Positions 27,830 to 41,103 of a DNA stretch of 64,000 nucleotides are shown here, piece by piece. The position numbers and the translations under genes were made by a program. Source of the DNA: Octopus sinensis (Eukaryota); the NCBI RefSeq assembly GCF_006345805.1, contig NC_043009.1, positions 59,458,001-59,522,000 of the forward strand. The letters run 5' to 3'. Position 1 is the stretch's first letter, and each line of letters begins with the position of its first letter. The notes beneath the pieces are model-generated. The model made no database searches. It was not told where the DNA came from and was given only the letters and a program-made list of their open reading frames with translations.

Positions 27830-28025
27830 ATACCTATTTCTTTACTACCCACAAGGGGCTAAACGTAGAGAGGACAAACAAGGACAGACAAACGGATTAT
27901 GTCGATTATATCAACCCTGAAAGGATGAAAGGCAAAGTGGAACTCGGCGGAATTTGAACTCAGAACGTAGCGGCAGACGAAATACTGCTGAGCATTTCGT
28001 CCGGCGTCCTAACGATTCTGCCAGC
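27830..28025 (-). mobile_element. SINE family B
   Basis: Matches family B consensus seen elsewhere in the window. Confidence 0.75.
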
Positions 28026-28374
28026 AATCTTAATACCAGTGCTCCGCAACCTTTCTCCCCTTGCGTTTCAAAATTCGGCGGCACACCTGAGCTACAAAAT
28101 ATTACTAAATGTATTGGGAAAAAAATTATGTTCAGGTTACACTGCCCCACACCTACCATAGTCCCACGGCACACCAGTTAAGGGATCTTTTCTTGTGAAT
28201 ACTTACTTGTTGCAGAGCACAGTTATATGGTAAAAGAGAAGTCCTCTTCGTGTTGTCGTCTCTTCCCACACGATCAGTTTGTGACCTCTTGACCCAGAAT
28301 AAACTTCTGATAAAATTTATATACACATACATACAGATGTGTTGCAGCAGCTGCACTGATTTCTACTGCATATT

Positions 28375-28781
28375 TTTATTCTTTTAATTGTTTCAGTAAT
28401 TTGATTGCGGCCATGCAGGAGCACCGCCTTTTAGTCGAGCAAATCGACCCAGGACTTATTCTTTGTAAGCCTACTACTTATTCTATCGTTCTTCTTTTGC
28501 CGAACCGCTAAGTTACGGGACGTAAATTACGGGTACGTTACGGGGACACCAGCATCGGTTGTCAAGCGATGTTGGAGAAACAAACACAGATACACAAACA
28601 TATACATATATATATACGACATGCCTCTTTCAGTTTCCATCTACCAAATCCACTTAAAAGTCTTTGGTTGGCCCGAGGCTATGGTAGAAGACACTTGCCC
28701 AAGGTGCCACGCAGTGGGACTGAACTCGGAACAATGTGGTTGGTAAGCAAGCTACTAACCACACAGCCACTCCTGCACCTA
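28375..28781 (-). mobile_element. SINE family A, full length
   Basis: Head aggtgcaggagtggctgtgtgg through to the tail. Confidence 0.85.
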
Positions 28782-28794
28782 TAAAAAAATTATC

Positions 28795-28909
28795 TGTCAG
28801 ATGTGGGATTCAAACCCACGCCCACAATCGTGGAGCAGAATACCCGACGTTCTGGTTAAGATAACATGAACCTTGAGTCTGGCGCCTTAGACCGCTCAGC
28901 CATCGTAAC
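28795..28909 (-). tRNA. trnL-CAA: tRNA-Leu(CAA) with 31-nt intron, probable pseudogene
   Basis: GTTACGATGGCTGAGCGGTCTAAGGCGCCAGACT-CAA-G[intron 28841-28871]TTCTGCTCCACGATTGTGGGCGTGGGTTTGAATCCCACATCTGACA, with a long variable arm and a T7 terminator downstream. The acceptor and anticodon stems have mismatches and the T-loop reads TTTGA instead of TTCGA. Confidence 0.85.
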
Positions 28910-29294
28910 AGATGCATGTCGTAAATATTTTTCACAAATTAACGATGGGATAAAATGCAAATTTCCAGCAACCTTTGACAAGAAGTAAATCAATTTATTA
29001 AATGATTCCCAGCAAAGCGTGGAAAGTGAGTTTGCTAGTTTATTTTTGCTATTATTATAACTGTACAATTTTAGGTAGTATGGCCGAATGGTTTAGGAAG
29101 TTCGCTTCGCATCCACCAGCTCCAGATTTCGATCGCAATGCGTGGCATTTTAAGAGTATGTCATTTCCTAAAAACCCGGGTCAACTCAGTCCTGGTGAGT
29201 GAGACACGAGACCTAGAAAATATTTGAAAGGCAGGGGTATGTGTGTGTGTGTATGAGTGTTTGTGTAACTATACCTATCCTGTGTATTTATATG

Positions 29295-29519
29295 CAGTAA
29301 TACCTAACCATATCGCGGTTCACCTATCGCGGTTTATTATTTAAGCTTACGTCAATATCTCTGTGGTGTTGTTTTGTATTGATAATAAAATAAATGTATA
29401 CAAATTATAAAAATAATTTTTTAAAAATATACAGTACAGTACTGTTTCTACTTCGCGGATTTTCACCTATCGCGGGTGAGTATTGGAACGTAACATCCGC
29501 GATAGTCAATGGATTACTA
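29295..29519. mobile_element. pogo/Tigger-like MITE
   Basis: Imperfect TIRs cagtaatacct..atatcgcgg / ccgcgatag..ggattacta and internal cacctatcgcgg repeats. Confidence 0.6.
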
Positions 29520-29661
29520 TACTTGCGCACGCACACACACATATGCATATGTATACATATATAGTCTAGTCAAATAAACGAACATTGCAAATAACAATAA
29601 CAAACAAGGTGGACGTGAACATGGAATATATTAGTTTGACGCTTGGTAAGAGGAGAGGGTG

Positions 29662-29694
29662 TTTGACGTTTCGGATACAGCTCTTCGTTGGAAA
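29662..29694 (-). ncRNA. Degenerate Penelope-type hammerhead motif (same family as 38631)
   Basis: Minus strand ttt-ccaacga-agagctgtatcc-GAAACGTC-aaa with a mutated core; flanks are homologous to 38598-38672. Confidence 0.35.
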
Positions 29695-29919
29695 GGAATG
29701 AAGGGTAGATCCAAAGAAGAAAAAAATTCACCAACAGCACGTGTATAGTTACTGCGTAATAACGATAAATAAAGGAACTTTAGGCTACTTAGAATATAGT
29801 GGTGATATCAAATTCTAAAATTAAATCGAGTGCAGTTACTGTCGAAACAAAAATTCTCACTCGTAAAAGGTGAGAAAACACCATATCTGCTCAGCGCCTC
29901 TCCATATAAGCAGACACAG

Positions 29920-29959
<40 letters not shown>

Positions 29960-29992
29960 TCTTAATATCAATTTAATGCATAGAAGTACGTA

Positions 29993-31219
29993 CAGAGATT
30001 GGACAGAATAATGGAAACACCTTAAAATTTCAAGCAAATTTATTTTAATATAGGTTGGGACTGCCTTTGACAGTAATTACAGCTTGAATTCTACGTGTTA
30101 TGGACTCGTACAAAGTTTGAATTGTTTCCAAAGGAATTTTTGTCCAGTTCTTGTAGTGATGTTTGTGGAGGATATCGAATCCTTACTTTTTTTCTAAAAT
30201 GCACCATAAACGTTCAATAATATTGAGACCTGGGGACTGTGGTGGCCAGATAAGATGTTCAACTTCACTAGAATGATTCTAGTGCCATTCAGTAACAACT
30301 TTAGCTGTATGAATTGGTGCATTATCATCCTGAAAGATTGCGTTTCTCTCTGGAAACAGTTCCGCAACCATAAGATGAATTTGATCAGATAAAATGCTAA
30401 AATAATCTTGACTATTAATTCTGCCGTGAAGGAAAAGAATATAGCCCTCCAGATCATCACAAATCATCCTCCATGTTTAACAGTCGGAAGAAGGCAATCT
30501 GGGTCAAATGCTTCTTTTGGCCGTCTTCACACGTATACTTGGTCAGTGGTCGGAAATAAGGTAAAGTAATACTCGTCCGAGAAAATAACATTCTTCCACT
30601 GCTCTCGGGATCAATTCTGCAGGTTTTTACTTCGCTCTAAACGCTTTGCAACGTCTGTTTTTGAAAGTAGTGGTTTTCTGATTGTAGCCCTCCAGTGAAA
30701 TCCGGCTTTGTGCAGCTTCCAGCGAACAGTTTTTGCGGAAACTGGGTTCTCGAGGTGGTCATTAAGCTCTGCAGTAATTTTGGCAACTGTACTTTTGTGA
30801 TCTTTTCTAACAATTTGCGTAAGAGTTCGACGGTCTCTATCTGAAAGTTTTGGTTTTCTTCCGGAGTTTTGTTTCGACGAGGAGGTTTTTCCCTTTTTCT
30901 CAAAGGCTGTCATTACTTTCGAGACAGTACTTCATGATACATCAAACATTTTGGCTGTTTTTGCTACGATAGCGCCTGCCATACGACCACCAACAATTTT
31001 ACCTGTTTGAAAGTCAGATAGATCTGTCACTTTAATGAATTTTAATTACATTTTACTTATGATAACCGAAAAGAAACAGCAATTTTAGCAAAACATTTTA
31101 AGCAATACTAATAGTAAATCAAAAAACATAAAAATAAACAAGCTTTTGACGGTTTTATAGATATTTCACAATTATGATGCTATGATGCTAGGTGTTTCAA
31201 TTATTTAGTCCAACCCTTG
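29993..31219 (-). mobile_element. Tc1-family DNA transposon with both TIRs; transposase pseudogene (~31030-30110)
   Basis: TIRs cagagattggacagaataatggaaacacct / aggtgtttcaattatttagtccaacccttg, TA TSD, and motifs SGRKPKLSDRD, VIFSDE, FQDDNAPIH, WPPQSP. Stops and frameshifts present. Confidence 0.92.
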
Positions 31220-31309
31220 TATATATGTCCCTGTAACTTAACAGTTCGGCAAAACTGTCCGATATTATAAATAAATACAACAAAATATAGAAGGTGGCAT
31301 CCGTTCTAT

Positions 31310-31505
31310 TAAATCCAAAAGGCCTGCACTTTTACGGGGAGGGAGAAGTTGACTACCTCGACCTCAGTATTCAACTGGTACATGTTTTACCGAACACCCG
31401 AGGATAAAAGGCAAAGTCGATCTCAGCGAAGGTTGAACTCAGAACGTAAATACGATCTAAATACCGATGAATATTTCTTTCCGACGCGCTAACGATGCTC
31501 ACCGC
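31310..31505 (-). mobile_element. Diverged SINE family B
   Basis: aggataaaaggcaaagtcga...ttgaactcagaacgta. Confidence 0.65.
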
Positions 31506-31798
31506 TTTAAGACAGAAGAAAATTTCCAACAACACAGAATGAACGCACGATTATTGATATATATATATATTTATTATGCAGAGCTTTCAACAAAAAGAAC
31601 AATAATTCGTTTCTCTGTGAGTCTTTGAGCACCGAAATCAGATTAGGAAATGTATGTTTGTTAAAACAACGAAACAATAAAGCAATAAATATATGAATAC
31701 ATATGCTTATATATATATATACATATTTTCGTACATACATACGTACATACATACATGTATACATACACGCACACACATACATATATATATATATATAT

Positions 31799-31837
<39 letters not shown>

Positions 31838-31996
31838 TAGCGATAATAAGTGATGATGCTAACGAGTGCAGCAAAGATAACGAGTGCAAAACAATTAGCA
31901 TTCATATAATTTTCAGGGATTACCCTTCCTTCTATTACAGATCAAAGCAGTCTGACTAGATTATTACCATATACTTACATATATACAAAATTTCCT

Positions 31997-32032
<36 letters not shown>

Positions 32033-32098
32033 GAATGTGTATATATGCACATACACACATACGTAGATAAAAAGATATGCATACATACATTCATATCT

Positions 32099-32178
<80 letters not shown>

Positions 32179-33174
32179 GTGTGTGTATATATATGTACAT
32201 ATATGACTCTGTATGTATATATGTATATATATATATGCATATATTTATCTATGTAAGTATGCATTTATGTTCCTATAGATGTATATATGTGTGTATGTAT
32301 ATAAGTATGTATGTATGTATACATACGCACATATATATATATATATATATATATAAATATATATATATTATATATATATATATATGTATGTATATATGTA
32401 TGTGTGTATGTATGTACGTATGTACACTACATACTTACCTATATATGTGTGTATGTATATATGTGTTTATGTATATGAGTATGTATGTATCTATGTATAC
32501 ATAGGCACATACATATATATATATGTATGTATATATGTATGTGTGTATGTGTGTGTGTGTATGTATGCATTTGCATATGAGCAGAACGCTTTATAAGTTA
32601 ACGGGATGGGCAAGCCCTCCGCGCCACTCCCACCCCACTTCATTCAAAAGATAATTTTCTGCTAACTCAGTAAAGTCATATTTTTTTAAGATTTGCTTTC
32701 CCCCCTCCCTCTGCACAAACACACACACGCACACACACACACACACAGACACACACACACGCATACAATCTTATACGTAATAAATATATGTACGTCTGTG
32801 TGAATGCGAACATACACATGTTTCAGTTTACTTTTGTAATATGTGTATGTGTATGAGTGTGTATGTGTATATGTATGTGTGTGTGTATGTGACTGTGGTT
32901 GCGTGCATGTGTATATCGGAACTCATCCACACTCACACAAACGCAAATGGTGTTGATGTTGTTGTTGTTCTTGTTCGTGTTGGTGTTGTTGTTGTTGTTG
33001 TTGTTGTCGGTGCTGTTGTTATTTCGCTGTATGGAAATATAATTGTGGTAAATACGCCCATGTGTTAGCAACATGCAGTGGTGTGTATATGTTTGCCCAT
33101 AAGACATACATGTGTACCCATGTACTCACTCTACACATGTTTATATATATATATATATATATAATATATATATG

Positions 33175-33340
33175 GAGGCGTCGTTATGTAGTAAGAAGAT
33201 TACTTCTCAGCTATATGTTTCCGGGTTCATTCCCACTACGTGGCACCTTGGGCAAGTGACTTCTACTATAGCCCCGTGCCGACCAAATCCTTCTGAGTGG
33301 ATTTGGTAAATAGAAACTGAAGGAAAACTGCCGTATGCAT
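33175..33340 (+). mobile_element. SINE family A 5' half
   Basis: ccgggttcattcccactacgtggcaccttgggcaagtg... Confidence 0.7.
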
Positions 33341-33354
33341 GTGTATATATATAT

Positions 33355-33356
33355 AT

Positions 33357-33409
<53 letters not shown>

Positions 33410-33426
33410 AAGACAGACAGACAGAC

Positions 33427-33466
<40 letters not shown>

Positions 33467-33526
33467 GGATAGATAGATAGATAGATAGATAGATAGACGG
33501 ACGGACAGACAGACAAGCCGGTAGGC

Positions 33527-33605
<79 letters not shown>

Positions 33606-33606
33606 C

Positions 33607-33648
<42 letters not shown>

Positions 33649-33654
33649 ACATAC

Positions 33655-33716
<62 letters not shown>

Positions 33717-33727
33717 GCAGGCAGATT

Positions 33728-33800
<73 letters not shown>
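33355..33800. repeat. (GATA/GACA)n
   Basis: Directly visible. Confidence 0.95.
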
Positions 33801-33801
<1 letters not shown>

Positions 33802-33859
33802 AATATATACACACAAATATAAACACACACCGATATATAGATACAAATATATACACACA

Positions 33860-34484
33860 CAGGTGGGGTTTTCCTTAAAGATTTCCCCTGACAAACGAAA
33901 CTTAGCATAATAATTAGTCCTTCCCTACAAAGCTACCACCAATGGTGACACACTTCTACCATCGCTTTATGCAGCTGTGAAAATCTCGTCTGTAGAAATC
34001 GGCAGGTTGTGTCTGGAGCCAAGACTTCACCTCGGAAACAAGTTCGTCATCGTCCGAAAAGTGCTTCCCTTTCAAAAAAGAATTCATGGTTGGAAAGAGG
34101 TGGAAGTCAAATAGTGCAAGTTCGGGGTAACGGGGATGAATAAGGATTTCATAGCGGCAACATAGCTGGACAACACCCGCATCGTGAACTTGGCCGTCGT
34201 CTTGGTTGAGGTGGACTCGTTTGGTCAGCATGACACGCCTCCCTGCTTCGATGGCGTCCTGCAATTTGTGCAGCACAGTAGCATGATATGCCCCGTTAAT
34301 TGTGGTCTCCTTTACCAGAAAATTAATCATCACTACACGGCGATGGTCCCAAAAGACTACAGGCAGTATCTTGCCTGCTGAGGGTTGGTCACGAGACTTC
34401 TTTGGAGGTGGTGAGTTATCATGCTTCCATTGCTTCGACTGGACTTTACCCTCAGAATCATAGAGATGGATCCATATTTCATTC
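33860..34484 (-). pseudogene. Mariner transposase catalytic-domain relic
   Basis: WIHLYDSE..QSKQW, AGKI..VFWD, TING.Y, HP..PELA.FDFHLF (mariner YSPDLAPSDF-like), F.DD.E. Confidence 0.85.
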
Positions 34485-34854
34485 ATATATATATATATAT
34501 ATATACATATATATATCCTTCGCGGGAAGGAAAGTTTCTATCGAAGATGCGTATCGCCTTCACCTTCGAAACGCAGAGTAGATGAAACCATGGCGACTGA
34601 AGAAGGGGAATTTTCCTTGTGTTATTTGTCCTGTACTCTATTTTTTCGTTGTTTAAGAAAAATGTCCAGTTCCTTGGTTTTGTGTTTATGTTTTCGTTTC
34701 TCATTGTGTTCGACGTTTTTTTTTTTGGTGTCCTGTACCCATATATGCATGTATATATACATGTAGAGGTAGGTACGTACATTTATGTATGTATATATGC
34801 ATATGTTTTATTTATTAATTTATATATATACATATATTGATATATATATATTTT

Positions 34855-35257
34855 TTATTTTTTATTTTACTTGTTTCATTGATTTGACTGCGGCCATGCT
34901 GGAGCACAGCCTTTGGTCAAACAAATGGACTCCAGGACTTATCCTTTGTAAGCCAAGTACTTATTCCATCGGTCTCTTTTGTCGAACCGCTAAGCTACAG
35001 GGATGTAAATACACCAACATCGGTTGTCATGCCATGGTACAGGGACAAACGCAGACACACAAATACATACATACATACATACATACATACATACGACGGG
35101 ATTCTTTCAGTTTCTGTCTACCAAATCCATTCGCAAGGCTTTGGTCCGCCCAAGGCTATAATAGAAGACACTTGCCCAAGGTACCACGCAGTGGGACTGA
35201 ACACGTAACCATGTGGTTAGGAGCAAACTTCTTACCACACAGCCACTCCTGTGCCTA
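34855..35257 (-). mobile_element. SINE family A, full length
   Basis: Head and tail match the family. Confidence 0.85.
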
Positions 35258-35365
35258 TACAACAATATACAAAAAGTAAATAAATATATATACATATATA
35301 CAATATATACATGAAAAAGTGTGTGTGCGTGTGCGTGTGTGTATGCGTGTGTGTGCGTGTGTGCG

Positions 35366-35401
<36 letters not shown>

Positions 35402-35579
35402 CTTATCACTAATTCCAGTATGCTTCACACATATCCGAACTTGCATATTCGTAATCACCGACAATTAAAACGTCGGAATCCCGAAAAAATATTTTCAAAG
35501 AAAAGCATTTTTTAAGGAGAGATACAAATCTGCATTAGCCCCTGTATTATAGTATGCATATATATATGGATATGTGTAT

Positions 35580-35624
<45 letters not shown>

Positions 35625-35852
35625 CGTGTGTGTTTTATATTCTGCTGATATCTACTTATGCAATATTTCTTCACAATCATATCAGCATTGTATTTTATAT
35701 TCCTACTCGCGCGTGCGCATCCAAAAACACTGATGTGCGTGTATGTGTGTGTGTGTGTTTGTGCGTGTGTGTTTGTGTGTGTATGCGCGTGTACATGTGT
35801 GTCTGTGTTAAATAGAATGAGAGAACAAAGCCAAGGCTGTGTGGAGAAATTT

Positions 35853-35900
35853 ATCTTACAGCTGTTTCTGTGATACTTGGGATACCTCTTCATCAGGGGC
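35853..35900 (-). ncRNA. Penelope-type hammerhead motif (stem I degenerate)
   Basis: Minus strand CTGATGA-agaggtatcccaagtatcaca-GAA-ACAGCTGT-A with palindromic stem III and a GUA site. Confidence 0.45.
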
Positions 35901-36347
35901 TATATGAGAGTACAACACAGCACTCCGTTACCAGCTCCAATTATAAGCATCACATCCACAAGCACATCTGCCTCCACCCCAGCACCACCTTCCCCATCAC
36001 CACCTAGAAAACCATCATATATATTTATATGTGTATGTAATATCGATATCATTACATTTTCTTTTCTCTGTATATAAATTACTGGTCACAAAGTGCTTAA
36101 TATTTTAACAGCATTGCAACGCAGACAATAGAGGTTTTGAATTATATGTGTAGACATAAATATACTGAAGGAGTATCGCAATGGATATCGGAAGATATTC
36201 AGTTAAGTATGCATACTTAAATACCTACACACACACGCTCACACATATATATATATACGTGTATGTGTGTGTGTGGGTGTGTGTATAAGTGCGTTCACAT
36301 AAGTACGTATTTGTGTGTGTGTGTATGTGGTCGCAGTCATATGTGTA

Positions 36348-36399
<52 letters not shown>

Positions 36400-36408
<9 letters not shown>

Positions 36409-36448
36409 TATGTATGTATGTATATTTAAACATATAACCGCGACCACT

Positions 36449-36496
<48 letters not shown>

Positions 36497-36622
36497 AATG
36501 CACACACAGATGTGAACACATGTGCATATGTATGTACGTGTATGTATCATTTGTGTCTGTGTGTGTTTCAGTGTGGGAATCTGTGTGTGATCGTCAGTAT
36601 AATGTATATATATTATATATAT

Positions 36623-36655
<33 letters not shown>

Positions 36656-36710
36656 TATGTATGTATGTATATTTAAACATATAACCGCGACCACTCACAC
36701 ACACACACAT

Positions 36711-36742
<32 letters not shown>

Positions 36743-36850
36743 AATGCACACACAGATGTGAACACATGTGCATATGTATGTACGTGTATGTATCATTTGT
36801 GTCTGTGTGTGTTTCAGTGTGGGAATCTGTGTGTGATCGTCAGTATAATG

Positions 36851-36875
<25 letters not shown>
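36400..36875. repeat. Tandem duplication, ~247-bp period
   Basis: accgcgaccact at 36437 and 36684; gggaatctgtgtgtgatcgtcag occurs twice. Confidence 0.85.
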
Positions 36876-36886
<11 letters not shown>

Positions 36887-37254
36887 GTGTGTGTGCTTGT
36901 TTGTCCGCGTGTGTGGATGAGTATTTCTGCTCGAGTGGTTGTATGTGTGTAATTAGGCATACCCGCGCGTCAGTGTGCGCGCATGCGTGTATGTATGTTT
37001 CTGTGTATGTAGGCTTGTGTGTGTGTTTGTGTGTGCGTGTTCGTGTGTGTGTGTATGTATGTATGTAAGCGTGTGTATTTGCGTGTGTGTGTGTATGTGT
37101 GTGTGTGTGCATAGGCATTCGATAATGCGAGGCTGTATTTATTGTATAAAAATCATGGAAAATATTTATGAATTCCTATTGTTTGCCTCGGCAGACAATG
37201 TTATTATGTTATTATTGTAAATATTGTTGTTGTTTCTTTTTTTAAGAACCAACA

Positions 37255-37306
37255 GTAATCATCTTCATCATCATCAACATCACCATCATCTTCGTCGTCG
37301 TCGTCG

Positions 37307-37337
<31 letters not shown>

Positions 37338-37390
37338 CAGCGTCATCATCATCATTGTCAGCATCATCATCATCATCATCATCGTCATCG

Positions 37391-37421
<31 letters not shown>

Positions 37422-37422
37422 T

Positions 37423-37475
<53 letters not shown>

Positions 37476-37719
37476 TGATATCAGTATTCCTATCATGAGC
37501 ATCATCCCCATCATCCTCATCCTCATCGCCGTCTTCTTCATCACCATCATTATCGTTAGCACCATCATCACCACCACGACCACCATCACCACTATCATCA
37601 TCATTATCATCATCAGCGCAGCCATTCATTACCACTACCACCATCATCATGATCATCATCATCATCAGCAGCAGCAGCAGCATCGTCATCATCGTCACCC
37701 ACCGTCGTCGTCGCCGTCG

Positions 37720-37765
<46 letters not shown>

Positions 37766-37810
37766 TGTCATCATTGTCATCATAATCACCGTCCTCATCA
37801 GCATCATCAG

Positions 37811-37841
<31 letters not shown>

Positions 37842-38225
37842 GTCGTCGTAGTTATCGCCGTCAACGTCAACATCATCATCACCATGAATGTCATCATCAT
37901 CATCATCATCACCATCAATGTCATCATAGTCATCATCATCATCATCATGATCATCATCGTCATCATCTTCATCATCATTGTCATCTTCAACACAGCATTC
38001 CGTTACCAGCACCGCTTTAAGCATCACATTCACCTCCACCACCACTACCACAGCACCGCCTCCTCCACCAGCACCTTCGTCATCATCATCAAGACAACCA
38101 TCATCATAATTATCAACAGCAGCAGCATTACCATCTCCACCATCATCACCACCATCACCCCATCACCAACCTCACGACCACGACCACCATCACTACCATC
38201 GTCACCACCATCATCATCATCATAT
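37255..38225. repeat. (CAT/CAC)n tract ~1 kb
   Basis: Directly visible. Confidence 0.95.
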
Positions 38226-38249
38226 TATTCCAGGCTGTCCACCAAAGAG

Positions 38250-38560
38250 TAGAGATGCAATGGCCCTGTGGTTAGGGCAGCGGACTCGCGGTCGGAGGAT
38301 CGCGGTTTCGATTCCCAGATCGGGCGTTGTGTGTGTTTATTGATAATTAATAGTAGTTGGTATTGAAGTGGAGGCGCGTGGCTTAGTGGTTAGGGGTGTT
38401 GAGATCATGATCGTAAGATTGTGGTTCCGATCCCTGGGCCGTGCACTCAACTAGTAACATAAGTAATCCTCCGGTGGACTAGCGTCCCGTCCGCGAAACT
38501 TTTTTCTTCCACGAGAGCTCCGGACCCCAGTTATGAACAAGAAGTGTGCAAGAAAAAAGA
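38250..38560 (+). mobile_element. Two family-C-like SINE fragments
   Basis: Head near-identical to the 21451 element at 38250-38342; second head ggaggcgcgtggcttagtggttaggg at 38370. Confidence 0.7.
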
Positions 38561-38630
38561 CAAGACAGAGTCAAGTGAGGGGACAACAAGCAAGGCGTAT
38601 TAGTTTGTCGATTTGAGTAAATGGAAAGTA

Positions 38631-38664
38631 TTTGACGTTTCGAGTCGATGCTCTTCGACAGAAA
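38631..38664 (-). ncRNA. Penelope-type hammerhead motif with one core substitution
   Basis: Minus strand ttt-CTGTCGA-agagcatcgactc-GAAAC-GTC-aaa; core position A6 is U. Confidence 0.45.
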
Positions 38665-38723
38665 GGAATGATAGAAGAAAACGGAGAGAAAGAGAAAAAG
38701 AAACGGAGAGAGGAGGAAAACGA

Positions 38724-38757
<34 letters not shown>

Positions 38758-39662
38758 TCTTTGAAGCATTACTCCCAATTAATTAAGTTATGCATGTATG
38801 CGCACAAACATATACACGTGTACGAATTGAGGATTGCCCATGTACTTAACACGGCTTTTCTTTTTTTGCTTAATACCGAACAAAGTTTCGCATTTTTTTC
38901 TCAATATAAAACGAAGAGCCGAAATATACAAAAAAAAGAAATGAATAAACAAAAAATACACCTAAAAAAATATCTATGACAGACAATAACATGTTTTGAT
39001 ATTTTGTAATATTTTGCTTTTATTACGCATTACACACACATTCTCTTTCGTATATATACACACGCAGAAGGAGTGAGAGAGATAAAACACGTACAAACAC
39101 ACTCAACAATTTTAGATATGATAACAGCCAAGAGAAGAAGCATATACAGTTTCGTAGCAAATATATACACAGGCTTGTAATAATGTTATTAAACATGGTA
39201 CAAGATGTAGTGCAAACATTTGTCTTACATTATACAATATCGCTATTGTATTAATATATATCGTTGAGAAATGTAATTACGATCTTTCTATGGAGAACGG
39301 CAGAACATTACAAGTAATATAAAATGAAGTCCAAATAGAATTTTGTATTACCAATGAATATATGAACATACGTGATTGCACATGCTTTCTGTGTAAACCA
39401 AAGTATCGAACTTTCCATCCATTCATCAATTTACCTTTCTATCTATCTATCTATCCATCTATCTATCTATCTATCTATTTATCTATCTATCTATATATAT
39501 ATATATTATATATATATATAATATATATATATATATATTATATAATATATTATACATATCTACCTTTATATCTATCTATCTATGTTTCGTACGATATAGC
39601 TTTTTATCTATTCATCCACCTATCTATCTACGTCTATCTATCTTTAGATCAATATAACTTTA

Positions 39663-39735
<73 letters not shown>

Positions 39736-39830
39736 GTATGTCTGTCTGTCTATCTATCAATCTATCTATATCAAGGTATTTATCTATTTATCTTTCGATC
39801 TGTAAAATTTTCTATTTGTCTATCTATCTC

Positions 39831-39932
<102 letters not shown>

Positions 39933-39947
39933 ATATCAACCTCCATC

Positions 39948-40400
39948 TGATGCGTTACATCATAGACAGGGTAGTTAAGGAACCTGACATGAGTGGGGCC
40001 TGATCAATTTGGATCAATCAAAAGCTTTCGATGGGGTAGACCAACGATACTTGGAGGCTGTCCTGGGAGCGACTGGTCTAGGTCCCGTCTTCTGCAGCTG
40101 GATAGCTGCTTTGTACAGAGGCATCCGTTCGGTAATTCGCGTAAATTGACATCTATCGGGACCTTTCGACATTGCACGTTCGGTCCGTCGGGGATGCCTC
40201 CTCCCGTCGCTTCTATATGTATTGACTCTCGAGCCACTACTGCGGAAGCTGGCGTCTCTGAGGATCATCTCGCGAGAATTGGAATGCGGGAAGAGAGTGT
40301 CTGCATAAGTGGACGTCAACATCATAATGTCTAGCCACGAGCACATTGAGCTGGTCGGCGAGACACTGAAAGACTACGAAGCGGTAACAGGAGCGAAATC
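39948..40400 (+). pseudogene. L1/Tx1-clade reverse transcriptase fragment
   Basis: INLDQSKAFD.VD, SVR.GC..LLYVLTLEPLLRKL and a decayed SAY(ADD)V; frameshifted. Confidence 0.75.
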
Positions 40401-40419
40401 AAGAAGAAAAGGTCGATAT

Positions 40420-40675
40420 CATTTGGCGAACCGCTGGATTATTTTATCGATCTCGATTGGATATGTTAATTTATCGATCCCATTTGGCGAACCACTAAGT
40501 TACTTTATCGACATCCTTTGGCGAACCGCTAAGTTATTTTATCGATCTCGATTGGTGAACCACTAAGTTATTTTGTCGATCACTTTTGGCGAACCTCTAA
40601 GTTATTATATCGATCACCTTTGGCGAACCACTAAATTATTTTATCAATCACCTTTGACGAACCGCTAAGTTATTT
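40420..40675. repeat. 34-bp minisatellite derived from SINE family A
   Basis: ttggcgaaccgctaagttattttatcgatcacct units start at 40484, 40518, 40552, 40586, 40620 and 40654. Confidence 0.8.
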
Positions 40676-40860
40676 AATCTTGTAGTAGATTTATCACCAT
40701 TCACTTAGGGACTAGTAACCACTATAAGCTGTGGTTTGAAATGGTTCACACGTGGCTAAAGGATTTTACATTTAGATATAACTGGGGTACTTATGTGTAC
40801 CCATGTCTTTTGCTTCTGCTTTTTTCCATGGGTGCGTGTAAGTTTTTCATTTATTTCTTA

Positions 40861-40917
40861 TCGTATTTTCTACTGAAGAGGGAAAAATCCGAAATTGATT
40901 CAATATAGAAATAACGA
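40861..40917 (+). ncRNA. Type I hammerhead ribozyme motif, intact core
   Basis: tttcta-CTGAAGA-ggg(aaaaa)tcc-GAA-attga(t)tcaat-A-tagaaa. Stem I extends by 4 bp (tcgt/acga) beyond a 2x2 internal loop. Predicted AUA cleavage after 40905. Confidence 0.75.
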
Positions 40918-41103
40918 ACTTTTAAAAAATATTCTGTTGGCTAGCTTCCCCGATTTCAGCACGACGTGTATTTATAGTGAGTGTATAATGATATGTGGAA
41001 ATTGATTATTTAAAGTCTGTTATCAGCATATTGGCATGGAAATAATTTTTCTTTTGCCCTTGTTTATAAGTTGCTTATAATTTTAACCTTTAAATGTATC
41101 TTA

